DNA of 64,000 nucleotides from an uncultured Candidatus Rokubacteria bacterium. Its GTDB lineage: Bacteria; Methylomirabilota; Methylomirabilia; Rokubacteriales; DASRDR01. Location of the stretch: the NCBI GenBank assembly GCA_963805625.1, contig CAWDVE010000010.1, positions 1,824,001 through 1,888,000 of the forward strand, given 5' to 3'. The notes under the pieces were generated by a model. That model saw nothing but the letters and a program-made list of their open reading frames with translations, ran no database searches and was not told the DNA's origin. Positions 10,940 to 19,578 of this stretch are shown one piece after another (the first letter of the stretch is position 1; each line of letters opens with the position of its first letter). The position numbers and the translations under genes were made by a program.

Positions 10940-11622
10940 CCTCCGACGGCCTCGTCTACGTGATCGACGACGATGCGTCGGTGCGCCGGGCTCTGGCCCG
11001 CCTCATCGCGTCGGCGGGCCTCGACGTCGAGACGTTCCCCTCCGCCGAGGCCTTCCTGCACCATCCGGCCGCGGACCGCCCGGCCTGCCTGGTGCTCGAC
11101 GTCCGCCTGCCGGGCGAGAGCGGTCTCGAGCTCCAGGCCGCGCTGGGCGACGCCCGGCGGTTCCTCCCGATCATCTTCGTCACGGGCCACGGAACCGTGT
11201 CGGGGGGCGTCCGCGCGATGAAGGAAGGCGCCGTCGACTTCCTCCAAAAGCCGGTCGACGAGCGTGAGCTGCTCGGCGGGATCCAGAAGGCGCTCGATCG
11301 AAGCCGTGAAGCGCGAGCCTCCCTGGCGGAGCGGGTCGAGCTGGAGCACCGGCTCGACGCCCTGACCGCCCGCGAGCGCGAGGTGCTGGACCTCGTGGTC
11401 ACCGGGATGCTCAACAAGCAGATCGCCGAGCGACTCGGGGTGGCCGAGAAGACGATCAAGGTCCACCGGGGCCGCGTGATGCAGAAGATGGCGGCCGCCT
11501 CCGTGGCCGATCTCGTCCGCATGCTGCACAAGCTCGGCCGCGAGACGTCAAGGGTGTTGGTGGTCGCCAGGCCGTGGGACCAAGGGCCAATAGCGAATGA
11601 TCGGCGGATATCGGCAGAATGA
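10936..11622 (+). CDS. FixJ/NodW/TodT-type response regulator (REC + LuxR HTH)
   Basis: VIDDD, CLVLDVRLP, FLQKP, LTAREREV...LNKQIA...KTIKVHRGRVMQK; GTGA overlap with the kinase. Confidence 0.93.
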   Translation: MTSDGLVYVIDDDASVRRALARLIASAGLDVETFPSAEAFLHHPAADRPACLVLDVRLPGESGLELQAALGDARRFLPIIFVTGHGTVSGGVRAMKEGAVDFLQKPVDERELLGGIQKALDRSREARASLAERVELEHRLDALTAREREVLDLVVTGMLNKQIAERLGVAEKTIKVHRGRVMQKMAAASVADLVRMLHKLGRETSRVLVVARPWDQGPIANDRRISAE

Positions 11623-12032
11623 ACGACAGCATGACGAGCAAGGAGGCGGTGCACCACCAGATCCGGCGGTCGCCGATGGTCTGCGTCGTCGACGACGACG
11701 ACTCGCTCCTGCGCGCGCTGCGCCGCCTCCTGGACGCGACCGGGTTCCGCGTGGAGACCTTCTCGTCGGCGGAGCAGTTCCTGGAGTCGGAGCATCGCGG
11801 GCGGGCGGACTGTCTCGTGCTGGACGTCCATCTCGGCGGTCTGAGCGGGCTCGACCTGCAGGAGAGGCTCGCGACGTCAGGGGTGAGCACGCCGATCGTC
11901 ATCATCACGGCTCACGACGACCGGTCCACGCGCGATCGGGCCCGCCGGGCCGGCGCGATCGAGTACCTGCGGAAGCCCTTCGACGACGATTCGCTCATCG
12001 ACGCCATCCACAAGGCGATCGGCCACTCCTGA
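11619..12032 (+). CDS. Single-domain response regulator
   Basis: VVDDD, LVLDVHL, IITA, YLRKPF; no output domain. Confidence 0.9.
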   Translation: MNDSMTSKEAVHHQIRRSPMVCVVDDDDSLLRALRRLLDATGFRVETFSSAEQFLESEHRGRADCLVLDVHLGGLSGLDLQERLATSGVSTPIVIITAHDDRSTRDRARRAGAIEYLRKPFDDDSLIDAIHKAIGHS

Positions 12033-12036
12033 CCCC

Positions 12037-12549
12037 GTGCCGACGAAGCGCATCGTGGTGGGCGACCCTGAGATCAGATGTTCGCTGCCGACCTTGCCCG
12101 GGCGCCGGCCGGGCGGGACGCGCCCGGCTAGGTGGCGAGCCCTGGCGCTTGCGCTCCTGCCGACCGGCTGCAGCTTCGTGTCGACGCGCGTCCACCCGTA
12201 CCTCGGCGGCCCGACCTTCCCGCCCACCGATCCGGCCAAGGTCGGGGTCCTCCGGTCCGAGCCGAGCCGGCCGCACGAGCGGCCCGGAGAGGTCTTCGCG
12301 GAGCCCTCCGGCGATCCGACCGCCACTCAGTACGAGCAGGCCCTGCGCGAGGGCGGCGCCAGGATGGGCGCCAACGCCGTCGTGGTCTGTACGACCTAGA
12401 CGTCGAGCTACATGGTGGCTCGCTCCGCCTCGGAGGATCGCCTCTTCTCCCACGAGCAGGCCCGACGCTTCGCCCTCGCCTATGCGGGCCTGACTCTCCT
12501 GGGTCTCGCGCTGGCCGTGCCATACTGGCGGCTCCTCGGCCTCCTGTAA
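12037..12549 (+). pseudogene. Chimeric remnant: lipoprotein N-terminal part plus in-frame C-terminal tail resembling a DASS/SLC13 permease
   Basis: LPTGC lipoprotein stops at TAG 12397-12399; the same frame continues TSSYMVA...LALAVPYWRLLGLL* to TAA 12549. Confidence 0.45.
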
Positions 12550-12664
12550 CCCGATCGGCCGGTAGGCAGCCTCATCCTGATCGGAGCCGGGGTCGAACGG
12601 TGTCGCCTGGGCGCAGATCGCGGCCTCGGAGTCGGACCAGTCAGCGGCAACCGTCCCCCTTGCC

Positions 12665-12693
12665 TTGACAGCCGCGGGACCCCTCCCTAGTAT
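12665..12693 (+). promoter_or_regulatory. Sigma70-type promoter upstream of fae
   Basis: TTGACA (12665-12670), 17-nt spacer, TAGTAT (12688-12693). Confidence 0.7.
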
Positions 12694-12918
12694 TGGCGCC
12701 ACCCAGCGGTGGTCGACGATGTCCCGGGGATCGAAAACGGTCATAGAAGGCGAAGCTGGCAACATGCCCGGTCGCCGCGGAAGTGCGACACCGGCGAGTC
12801 GTCCTTACCCAGGCCCTGGCCTCAGGAAGGGGGTGCATGCGCGGGCAGCGGGCCGGCGTGCCGGAATCGACGTCCCACACAATGAGTGCGCTCTAGCTAC
12901 GGGAGGGATCGCATAGCT

Positions 12919-13419
12919 ATGGATAGTCACAGCTTCATGGTGGGTGAGTCACTGGTCGGCGAGGGCAACGAGGTCGCTCACATCGATCTGATCATCGGAT
13001 CGAAGAGCGGCCCGGCCGGCGCCACCTTCGCGCAGCGACTGGCCGACCAGACGGCAGGCCACAACGGCCTCCTGGCCGTGCTGGCGCCGAACGTTCCGGC
13101 CAAGCCGGACACGGTCATGTTCAACAAGGTCACGATCAAGGGCGCCGGCCAGGCGGTCCAGATGTTCGGTCCCGCCCAGGCCGCCGTGGCCAAGGCGGTC
13201 GTGGACAGCGTCGCCGACGGCACCATCCCCAAGGCCAGCGCCAACGACCTGTGCGTGATCGTGGGCGTGTTCATCCACTGGCAGGCCAAGGACAACAAGA
13301 AGATCTACGACTACAACTACCGGGCGACCAAGGAATCGATCGCGCGGGCGATGAAGGGTCAGCCCACCGTGGACTCCGTCCTCGCCCAGAAGGACTCAGC
13401 CAAGCACCCCTTCGCGTAG
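12919..13419 (+). CDS. fae: Formaldehyde-activating enzyme
   Basis: [54 protein letters not shown]; RBS GGGAGG. Confidence 0.97.
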   Translation: MDSHSFMVGESLVGEGNEVAHIDLIIGSKSGPAGATFAQRLADQTAGHNGLLAVLAPNVPAKPDTVMFNKVTIKGAGQAVQMFGPAQAAVAKAVVDSVADGTIPKASANDLCVIVGVFIHWQAKDNKKIYDYNYRATKESIARAMKGQPTVDSVLAQKDSAKHPFA

Positions 13420-13513
13420 GCGCGGCGTAACGTCGCCGCGCGGCCGGACGCCCCGCGGTCCCGCTCCCACGGGGCCGCGCGGGTCCCGGCCCGCCCTCGC
13501 CGAGGCAGATCCG

Positions 13514-13630
13514 ATGCGGCCGGAGACGTTCATCCTCATTCCCGGGCGGTCGACCGAGCAGGGCACGAGCGCCGGACCGGAGCACCTCGTCCCGGCCGAG
13601 CGCGTCGCGCTGGCCACGGCGGCGGGCTGA
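13514..13630 (+). pseudogene. 38-codon remnant with a FwdD-like N-terminus
   Basis: GAGG RBS then MRPETFILIPGRSTEQGTSAGPEHLVPAERVALATAAG*; FILIPGRSxxQG resembles the N-terminus of formylmethanofuran dehydrogenase subunit D. Confidence 0.55.
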
Positions 13631-13638
13631 CCTCCGTC

Positions 13639-14538
13639 ATGGTCCGCGTCAACGGCGTGGAGATCGAGGACACCTTCGCCGAGGCGTTCCGGATGCGCGC
13701 GGCCCGCGCGATCGTGACCGCGGAGACGGCCGGCTGGGCCCGGACGGCCGCCTCGCTGGCGACGGGCTATGCGACATCGGTGATCGGATGCGACGCCGAG
13801 GCGGGCATCGAAGCCGACCTGCCGGCGACCGCGACGCCCGACGGCCGGCCCGGCGTGAGCCTTCTGGTCTTCGGGTTCAACACCGCGGCGCTCGGCAAGG
13901 CGCTGGTCAACCGCGTCGGCCAGTGCGTGATGACCTGCCCCACCACCGCGTGCTTCAACGGGCTCCTGCCCGGGGAGGAAACGGTGAAGGTGGGCGGGCT
14001 CCTCCGCTTCTTCGGAGATGGCCACCAGGCGAGCAAGAAGCTCGATGGGCGGCGATACTGGCGGGTACCGGTGATGGACGGCGAGTTCCTCTGCGAGGAC
14101 ACGTTCGGCGTCCAACGCGCGGTCGCGGGAGGCAATTTCCTGATCCTGGCCACGGATCAGGCCGCGGCGCTCCACGCCGCCGAGGCGGCCGCCCAGGCCA
14201 TCCGCGCGGTGCCCGGAGTGATCCTCCCCTTCCCGGGCGGCATCGTCAGAAGCGGCAGCAAGGTCGGATCGCGCTACAAGACGCTGCGGGCATCGACCAA
14301 CGAGGAGTACTGTCCCACGCTCCGCGGACAGGGCCGGAGCCGGCTGCCGATGAGCGTCCACGCGGTCTACGAGATCGTCATCGACGGTCTCGACGTGGGG
14401 GCCGTGGAGGCCGCCATGCGTGTCGGCGTCCGGGCCGCGTGCGGCCCGGGAGTGGTGCAGATCAGCGCCGGCAACTATGGCGGCAAGCTCGGCCAGTACC
14501 CGCTGCACCTCCACAAGATCCTCGGAACCGCACCATGA
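13639..14538 (+). CDS. fhcD: Formylmethanofuran:H4MPT formyltransferase (Ftr/FhcD)
   Basis: NGVEIEDTFAEAF, ATSVIGCDAEAG, TPDGRPG, RVGQCVMTCPT, PFPGGIVRSGSK, ISAGNYGGKLG. Confidence 0.96.
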   Translation: MVRVNGVEIEDTFAEAFRMRAARAIVTAETAGWARTAASLATGYATSVIGCDAEAGIEADLPATATPDGRPGVSLLVFGFNTAALGKALVNRVGQCVMTCPTTACFNGLLPGEETVKVGGLLRFFGDGHQASKKLDGRRYWRVPVMDGEFLCEDTFGVQRAVAGGNFLILATDQAAALHAAEAAAQAIRAVPGVILPFPGGIVRSGSKVGSRYKTLRASTNEEYCPTLRGQGRSRLPMSVHAVYEIVIDGLDVGAVEAAMRVGVRAACGPGVVQISAGNYGGKLGQYPLHLHKILGTAP

Positions 14539-15107
14539 TCGTCGAGACGATCGTGACGACGCTGGACGAGGATGGAGAGGCGAACTTCGCGGCCATGGGT
14601 GTGGTCTGGGGCGAGGATCGCCTCGTGATCCGGCCCTACGTCGGCACGCGCACGTTCCGGAACCTCGTCCGTGCGCGCGAGGCCGTCGTCAACGTCACCG
14701 ACGACGTCCTGACTTTCGCGAAGAGCGCGCTCTCACGCGAGCGGTTCCCCGCCCGCCCCGCCGCGCGCGTTCGCGGGGTCATCCTGGCCGACGCGTGCCA
14801 CTGGCGCGAGGTCGCCGTCGAGGACGTATCGTTGCCCGAGTCCCGGCCGCCCGGCGGCGGCCGGGCCGACGTCGCCACGCGCGTGGTGGCGGGTGCGGTG
14901 GGACGGCCGTTCGCCGGGCTGTGCCGCGCCAAGCACGCCGTCGTGGAGGCGAGCATCCTCGCCTCGCGCGCGCGACGGCTGCCGCGGAACGAGGTGCTCG
15001 AGGGACTCGACCGCCTGGACCCGCTGGTGGACAGGACCGGCGGCCCGGCCGAGCGCGAAGCCATGGCGTACATCCGCGCCCACGTCGCGCGGCTGGTCGG
15101 CGACTGA
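14535..15107 (+). CDS. DUF447 family protein (Orf19-like, H4MPT cluster)
   Basis: MIVETIVTT...NFAAMG...RPY...TFRNL...RAKHAVVEASILASR; ATGA overlap with ftr. Confidence 0.85.
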   Translation: MIVETIVTTLDEDGEANFAAMGVVWGEDRLVIRPYVGTRTFRNLVRAREAVVNVTDDVLTFAKSALSRERFPARPAARVRGVILADACHWREVAVEDVSLPESRPPGGGRADVATRVVAGAVGRPFAGLCRAKHAVVEASILASRARRLPRNEVLEGLDRLDPLVDRTGGPAEREAMAYIRAHVARLVGD

Positions 15108-15124
15108 CACGCCTCACCCCGGAC

Positions 15125-16096
15125 ATGCGCACGATCGTCCAAGCGGGAGCGCGGCTCCATCTGGGGTTCCTCGACCTCAACGGCGCCTGCGGGCGGCGCT
15201 ACGGATCGATCGGCGTCACCCTCGAGCGGCCGCGCTGTACCGTGGAGGCGACCCCAGCCCCGCCCGGCAGGGCGACCGCGACGGGCGATCCCGTGGAGGT
15301 CATCCTCGAGCGTCTCGGCCTCGGAGATGGGACGGTCGGGGTGCGGTTGGTGGAGACGATCCCGGTCCACGCGGGGTTCGGCGCGGGCACCCAGGTCGCC
15401 CTGGCGGTCGCGCTGGCCGCGTCGCGGGCCGCGGGCCGTCCGACGCCGATCCGCGAGCTGGCGCGACAGCTCGGTCGAGGGCAGCGCTCCGGGATCGGCA
15501 TCGCGGCGTTCGAGCGCGGCGGGCTCGTGATCGATGCGGGGCATCCGGCGCAGGAGGACGGCCACGCGGTGGCCGGGGAGCCTGCGGGGCCGGAGCCTCC
15601 CCCGGTGATCTTCCAGCACCCCTTGCCCGACGACTGGCACTTCGTCCTTGCGACCCCACGCGCCGCGCCGGGGCTCTCCGGCCCGAGGGAGGAGCGGGCC
15701 TTCCGGGACCTCCCGCCCATGGACGCCGAGCGGGTGGGCCGGATCTGCCGCCTCACGCTGATGCAGGTCGCGCCGGCCGTGCTCGCCGGCGACATCCGGA
15801 CCTTCGGGGCGGCGATCACCGAGATCCAGGAAGTGGTCGGCGAGTACTTCGCGCCCCATCAGGGCGGCCGTTTCGCCACGGAGACCGGCTGCGCGGTGAC
15901 CGAGCTCGCCCTGGCGCGCGGCGCCCACGGGGTCGGGCAGAGCTCCTGGGGGCCGACGGTGTTCGCGCTGGTGCGAGGCGAGCCCGCCGCGCGCGTCCTG
16001 GCCGACGCGCTCCGCAGCGCGTTCGGAGATCGCCTGGCGTGGGTCGACGTCAGCCTCGCGCGGAACCGAGGCGCGTCGTGCCGGGAGGCGCTGTGA
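15125..16096 (+). CDS. mptG: beta-Ribofuranosylaminobenzene 5'-phosphate synthase
   Basis: ARLHLGFLDL...RYGSIG, HAGFGAGTQ (GHMP fold), GRGQRSGIG, GQSSWGPT. Confidence 0.93.
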   Translation: MRTIVQAGARLHLGFLDLNGACGRRYGSIGVTLERPRCTVEATPAPPGRATATGDPVEVILERLGLGDGTVGVRLVETIPVHAGFGAGTQVALAVALAASRAAGRPTPIRELARQLGRGQRSGIGIAAFERGGLVIDAGHPAQEDGHAVAGEPAGPEPPPVIFQHPLPDDWHFVLATPRAAPGLSGPREERAFRDLPPMDAERVGRICRLTLMQVAPAVLAGDIRTFGAAITEIQEVVGEYFAPHQGGRFATETGCAVTELALARGAHGVGQSSWGPTVFALVRGEPAARVLADALRSAFGDRLAWVDVSLARNRGASCREAL

Positions 16097-17082
16097 TCTC
16101 GGACCTGGGCCTGAACCGCCGCGCCGCGCGACTGGCCGATGCACTTGCGACCGACGCCCCGTTGCTGGGCGTGACGGTCACGGAGGTCGGGGGCGCACGG
16201 GTGCTCGACTGCGGCGTCCTGGCGGCCGGGGGGCTCGAGGCGGGGCGGCGGCTGGCGGAGATCTGTCTCGCCGGCCTGGCCACCGTGTCGTTCACGAGCG
16301 TCGATCTGGGTGGCCTCTGGCTCCCCGCGGTGGCTGTCACCACCGATCATCCGGTGACGGCCTGCCTGGCCAGCCAGTATGCCGGCTGGGCCATCGATCC
16401 GCCGGGATACTTCGCCATGGGCTCCGGACCGGCCCGCAGCGTCGCCCGGGTGGAGCGGGAGCTTTACGAGCGAATCGGCTACGCCGAGGCCGGAGACACC
16501 GCGGTGCTCGTGCTGGAGGGGCGGACGCTTCCGGACGAGAGAGTGGTGCAGTTCGTCGCCGACAAGTGCCGAGTCCAGCCGGAGGGCCTGCGGCTCCTCA
16601 TCGCCCCGACCGCCAGCATCGCCGGGTGCGTCCAGGTGGCCGCGCGCTCGGTCGAGACCGGGCTCCACAAGATGCTGGAGCTCGGGTTCGACGTCCGCAG
16701 CGTGCGGAGCGGGGCGGGTGTGTGTCCGCTGGCGCCGGTGGCGAAGAACGACCTTCGCGCCATCGGGTGGACGAACGACTGCATCCTCTACGGCACCCGC
16801 GCCTACTTCGCCGTCCACGCCGACGACGCGTTGGTCGCGGCGATGGTCGAGCGGCTGCCGGCCGCCACGTCGTCGGACTATGGCACCTCCTTCTACGAGA
16901 TCTTCAAGCGCGCCGGCAATCAATTCTACAAGATCGACCGGATGCTCTTCAGCCCGGCGGAGGTGGTCGTCAACAACCTCGACTCCGGGCGCGTCTTTCG
17001 CGCCGGCCGCCTCGACCCCGGCGTGCTGATGCGATCGCTGGGTGTTGCGGGGGTTGGCGGCCCTGGCGGGGGCGCGGCGTGA
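16093..17082 (+). CDS. mch: Methenyl-H4MPT cyclohydrolase
   Basis: ACLASQYAGW, AMGSGPAR, APTASIAG, VAARSVETGLHK, TNDCILYG, FYKIDRMLFSPA; GTGA overlap. Confidence 0.96.
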   Translation: MISDLGLNRRAARLADALATDAPLLGVTVTEVGGARVLDCGVLAAGGLEAGRRLAEICLAGLATVSFTSVDLGGLWLPAVAVTTDHPVTACLASQYAGWAIDPPGYFAMGSGPARSVARVERELYERIGYAEAGDTAVLVLEGRTLPDERVVQFVADKCRVQPEGLRLLIAPTASIAGCVQVAARSVETGLHKMLELGFDVRSVRSGAGVCPLAPVAKNDLRAIGWTNDCILYGTRAYFAVHADDALVAAMVERLPAATSSDYGTSFYEIFKRAGNQFYKIDRMLFSPAEVVVNNLDSGRVFRAGRLDPGVLMRSLGVAGVGGPGGGAA

Positions 17083-17987
17083 AGGTCGCCATCCTGGGCT
17101 CACGGTCGGGGTGGCACGAGGTCCGGCTGGGGCGCGCGCTCCGCGAGCGGGGCGTGGAGCCGGTGGTGGCGCCCATCACCGGCCTCGCGGCCGCCGTGGC
17201 CGCCATGCCTGGAGGAGACCGGCTCGCCGCCGGCGGCGTTCGGCTCGACGATTGTGGCGCAGTGATCGTGCGCGCGATCCCCGGCGGGTCGCTCGAGCAG
17301 GTAATCTTCCGGCTCGACGCGCTCCACCGCCTGACCCGGCTCGGGGTCGCCGTCATCAACTCGCCCCGGTGCGTCGAGCGCACCGTGGACAAGTACTTCA
17401 CCTCGACGCTCCTCGAGGAGGCAGGGTTGCCGAGCCCCCGCACCCGGGTGTGCGAGCGGCTCGACGACGCCCTGGCCGCGTTCGAGGCGCTGGGGGGCGA
17501 CGTGGTGGTCAAGCCGCTCTTCGGCTCCGAGGGACGGGGCATCGTGCGGGTGTCCGACCCCGATCTCGCCTATCGCACCTGCCGGGCCCTGGAGCTGACG
17601 CGCTCGGTGTTCTATCTTCAGGAGTTCGTACCGCACGGGGGGCGCGACATCCGGGCGTTCATCGTCGGGGGCCGGCTGGTGGCCGCCATGACCCGCTGGG
17701 CCGCCGGCTGGAAGACCAACGTGTCGCAGGGCGCCCGGACGGAGCCCGTCGCCCTGTCCGGCGAGCTCGAGCGCCTGGGCGTCCAGGCGGCGGGTTTGCT
17801 CGAGGCGGACTACGCGGGCGTGGACCTCCTGTGCGCGGACGACGGACGCGTACTCGTGATCGAGGTCAACGGGATACCGGGATGGCGCGGACTCCAGCAG
17901 ACAACCGACGTCGACGTCGCGGGGCTGATCGCGGAGCACGCGATCGCGATCGTCGAGCGCGGCCTCCCGGTCGGGACCTCGCCGTGA
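17079..17987 (+). CDS. RimK-family ATP-grasp ligase (Orf5/MyfB-like glutamate ligase)
   Basis: GGSLEQVIFRLDALH, VVKPLFGSEGRG, FYLQEF, WKTNVSQG, EVNGIPGW. Confidence 0.9.
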   Translation: MKVAILGSRSGWHEVRLGRALRERGVEPVVAPITGLAAAVAAMPGGDRLAAGGVRLDDCGAVIVRAIPGGSLEQVIFRLDALHRLTRLGVAVINSPRCVERTVDKYFTSTLLEEAGLPSPRTRVCERLDDALAAFEALGGDVVVKPLFGSEGRGIVRVSDPDLAYRTCRALELTRSVFYLQEFVPHGGRDIRAFIVGGRLVAAMTRWAAGWKTNVSQGARTEPVALSGELERLGVQAAGLLEADYAGVDLLCADDGRVLVIEVNGIPGWRGLQQTTDVDVAGLIAEHAIAIVERGLPVGTSP

Positions 17988-19066
17988 GCCCCGCCGCGGC
18001 CCCGGCCGGAACCTCCTCGGCGGCCCGCATCGCGGCTGCCGCAACGCTCGCCTGCACGCTCGAGGCCTGCGCGGAGAAGGTCGGCAACGTCACGCCGACC
18101 CGCGGCTTCGACGACGCGCGCTTCGACGACTTCGCGCTCAGCGCGCAGGCGCTCGGAGCCGCGGTCGCCATCGCCGCGCCGGGGCAGGTGGGCCGGACGG
18201 TGTACCGGGCGGTAGCGGCCACCGCGGGCGTGGCCCCGTCCAACACCAACCTCGGCATGGCGCTCCTGTTCGCGCCGCTCGCGGCGGCCGCGCGGGCGCG
18301 CCGAGGGACGGGGCTCAGGCACCGGCTCGCGCTCGTGCTGCGCGGACTGAGCGTCGACGACGCGCGCTGGGCCTACCGGGCGATCCGGCTCGCCCGCCCG
18401 GGCGGGCTCGGGCCGAGCGACGAGGCTCCCGTCGCCCAGCATCCCTCGATCACGCTGCTCGAGGCCATGCGGCTCGCCGCGCGGCGCGACACCGTGGCGG
18501 CGGAGTATGTCGGTGGCTTCGCGGTGACGTTCGACCTCGGGCTCGCTAGGCTGCGCCGGGCGCTCCGCCATGGCCTGTCCCTGCTCGACGCCATCGCACA
18601 GGCGCATCTCGAGCTGATGGCCCGGGTGCCGGACACGCTGATCGCGCGGAAGGCCGGTGCCGCGGCTGCGGCTGCGGTGGCCGCGCGAGCAGGCGCCGTG
18701 GTGCGGGCAGGCGGGGTCGTCACGCCGAGGGGACTGGCCGCCGCGCGGCGGCTCGACCGCGACCTCCGGCGCCACGGCAACCGCCTCAACCCGGGGACCT
18801 CGGCAGATCTCATCGCCGCCGCCCTGTTCGTCTGGCTCCTGGAGACCCCAGGCCGACGGCGGCTCGTCGCAGGGACGCGACGCCAGCCCCAGATCGCTGC
18901 CGTCCCCCCCAGACCGCCAGGGGCTGCCACAGGCCGCCACAGGCCGAAGGCCGCCAGAGCAACCCCGTCCGATCAACCCCGTCCGATCAAGGCCGTCCCA
19001 TCACGGTCGTCCCGTCACGGCCGTCCCGTCGGCCGAAGGTCCGAGGCGGCGCGGCGAGATCAATGA
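17984..19066 (+). CDS. CitG-family triphosphoribosyl-dephospho-CoA synthase-like protein (Orf7)
   Basis: ACTLEA..KVGNV, NTNLG, PDTLIARK, NPGTSADL; about 70-aa repeat-derived C-terminal tail. Confidence 0.88.
   Translation: MSPAAAPAGTSSAARIAAAATLACTLEACAEKVGNVTPTRGFDDARFDDFALSAQALGAAVAIAAPGQVGRTVYRAVAATAGVAPSNTNLGMALLFAPLAAAARARRGTGLRHRLALVLRGLSVDDARWAYRAIRLARPGGLGPSDEAPVAQHPSITLLEAMRLAARRDTVAAEYVGGFAVTFDLGLARLRRALRHGLSLLDAIAQAHLELMARVPDTLIARKAGAAAAAAVAARAGAVVRAGGVVTPRGLAAARRLDRDLRRHGNRLNPGTSADLIAAALFVWLLETPGRRRLVAGTRRQPQIAAVPPRPPGAATGRHRPKAARATPSDQPRPIKAVPSRSSRHGRPVGRRSEAARRDQ
18961..19030 (+). repeat. Five tandem degenerate 14-bp units
   Basis: aaccccgtccgatc x2, aaggccgtcccatc, acggtcgtcccgtc, acggccgtcccgtc. 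Confidence 0.8.
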
Positions 19067-19578
19067 GCCAGTTCCGAGTGCGGATCGAGAAGGACTACAC
19101 GGTGTTCTGCGCCGGGCACTTCATCACTTACGACGGGCACGAATGCGAGCCGCTTCATGGCCACAACTACCGGGCGGCGGCGGCGCTCGAGGGCCCGCTC
19201 GACGAGAACGCGTACGTGTTCGACTTCACCCGGCTCAAGCGCGCGCTCAGGGCCATCGTCAACCGCCTCGACCACCGGATGCTGCTGCCGGCGAGGAGCG
19301 CGCTCATCCAGGTCACCCAATCGGGCGCCGAAGTCCAGGCAATCTACCGCGACAAGCGATACGTGTTTCCCTCGAGCGACGTGGTGCTCCTGCCCGTCCC
19401 CAACACCACCGCGGAGATGCTGGCGTGGTGGATCGCCCAGGAGCTCAAGCAGGACCTGGGGACGCTTCCGCCCGGCGTCACGGGGCTCGAGGTCGAGGTG
19501 GACGAGTCGTCCGGCCAGCGAGCCTTCTATCGGGAGACGCTCGGCGAGGGCGGTAACGAAGGGCCGGGACGCTCGTGA
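19063..19578 (+). CDS. 6-Pyruvoyl-tetrahydropterin synthase family (COG0720), PTPS-I/III-type motif
   Basis: FCAGHF...CEPLHGHNY, DF, LDHR, NTTAEMLA, VEVDES. Confidence 0.9.
   Translation: MSQFRVRIEKDYTVFCAGHFITYDGHECEPLHGHNYRAAAALEGPLDENAYVFDFTRLKRALRAIVNRLDHRMLLPARSALIQVTQSGAEVQAIYRDKRYVFPSSDVVLLPVPNTTAEMLAWWIAQELKQDLGTLPPGVTGLEVEVDESSGQRAFYRETLGEGGNEGPGRS

Noticed and set aside
18961-19030. Possible CRISPR array
   Set aside because: Units are 14 bp, contiguous and spacer-less, and no cas genes are in the window.
19063-19578. Calling the PTPS gene queD (queuosine or deazapurine DNA modification)
   Set aside because: No queC/E/F, tgt or dpd genes nearby; the context and CExxHGH motif favour pterin supply.
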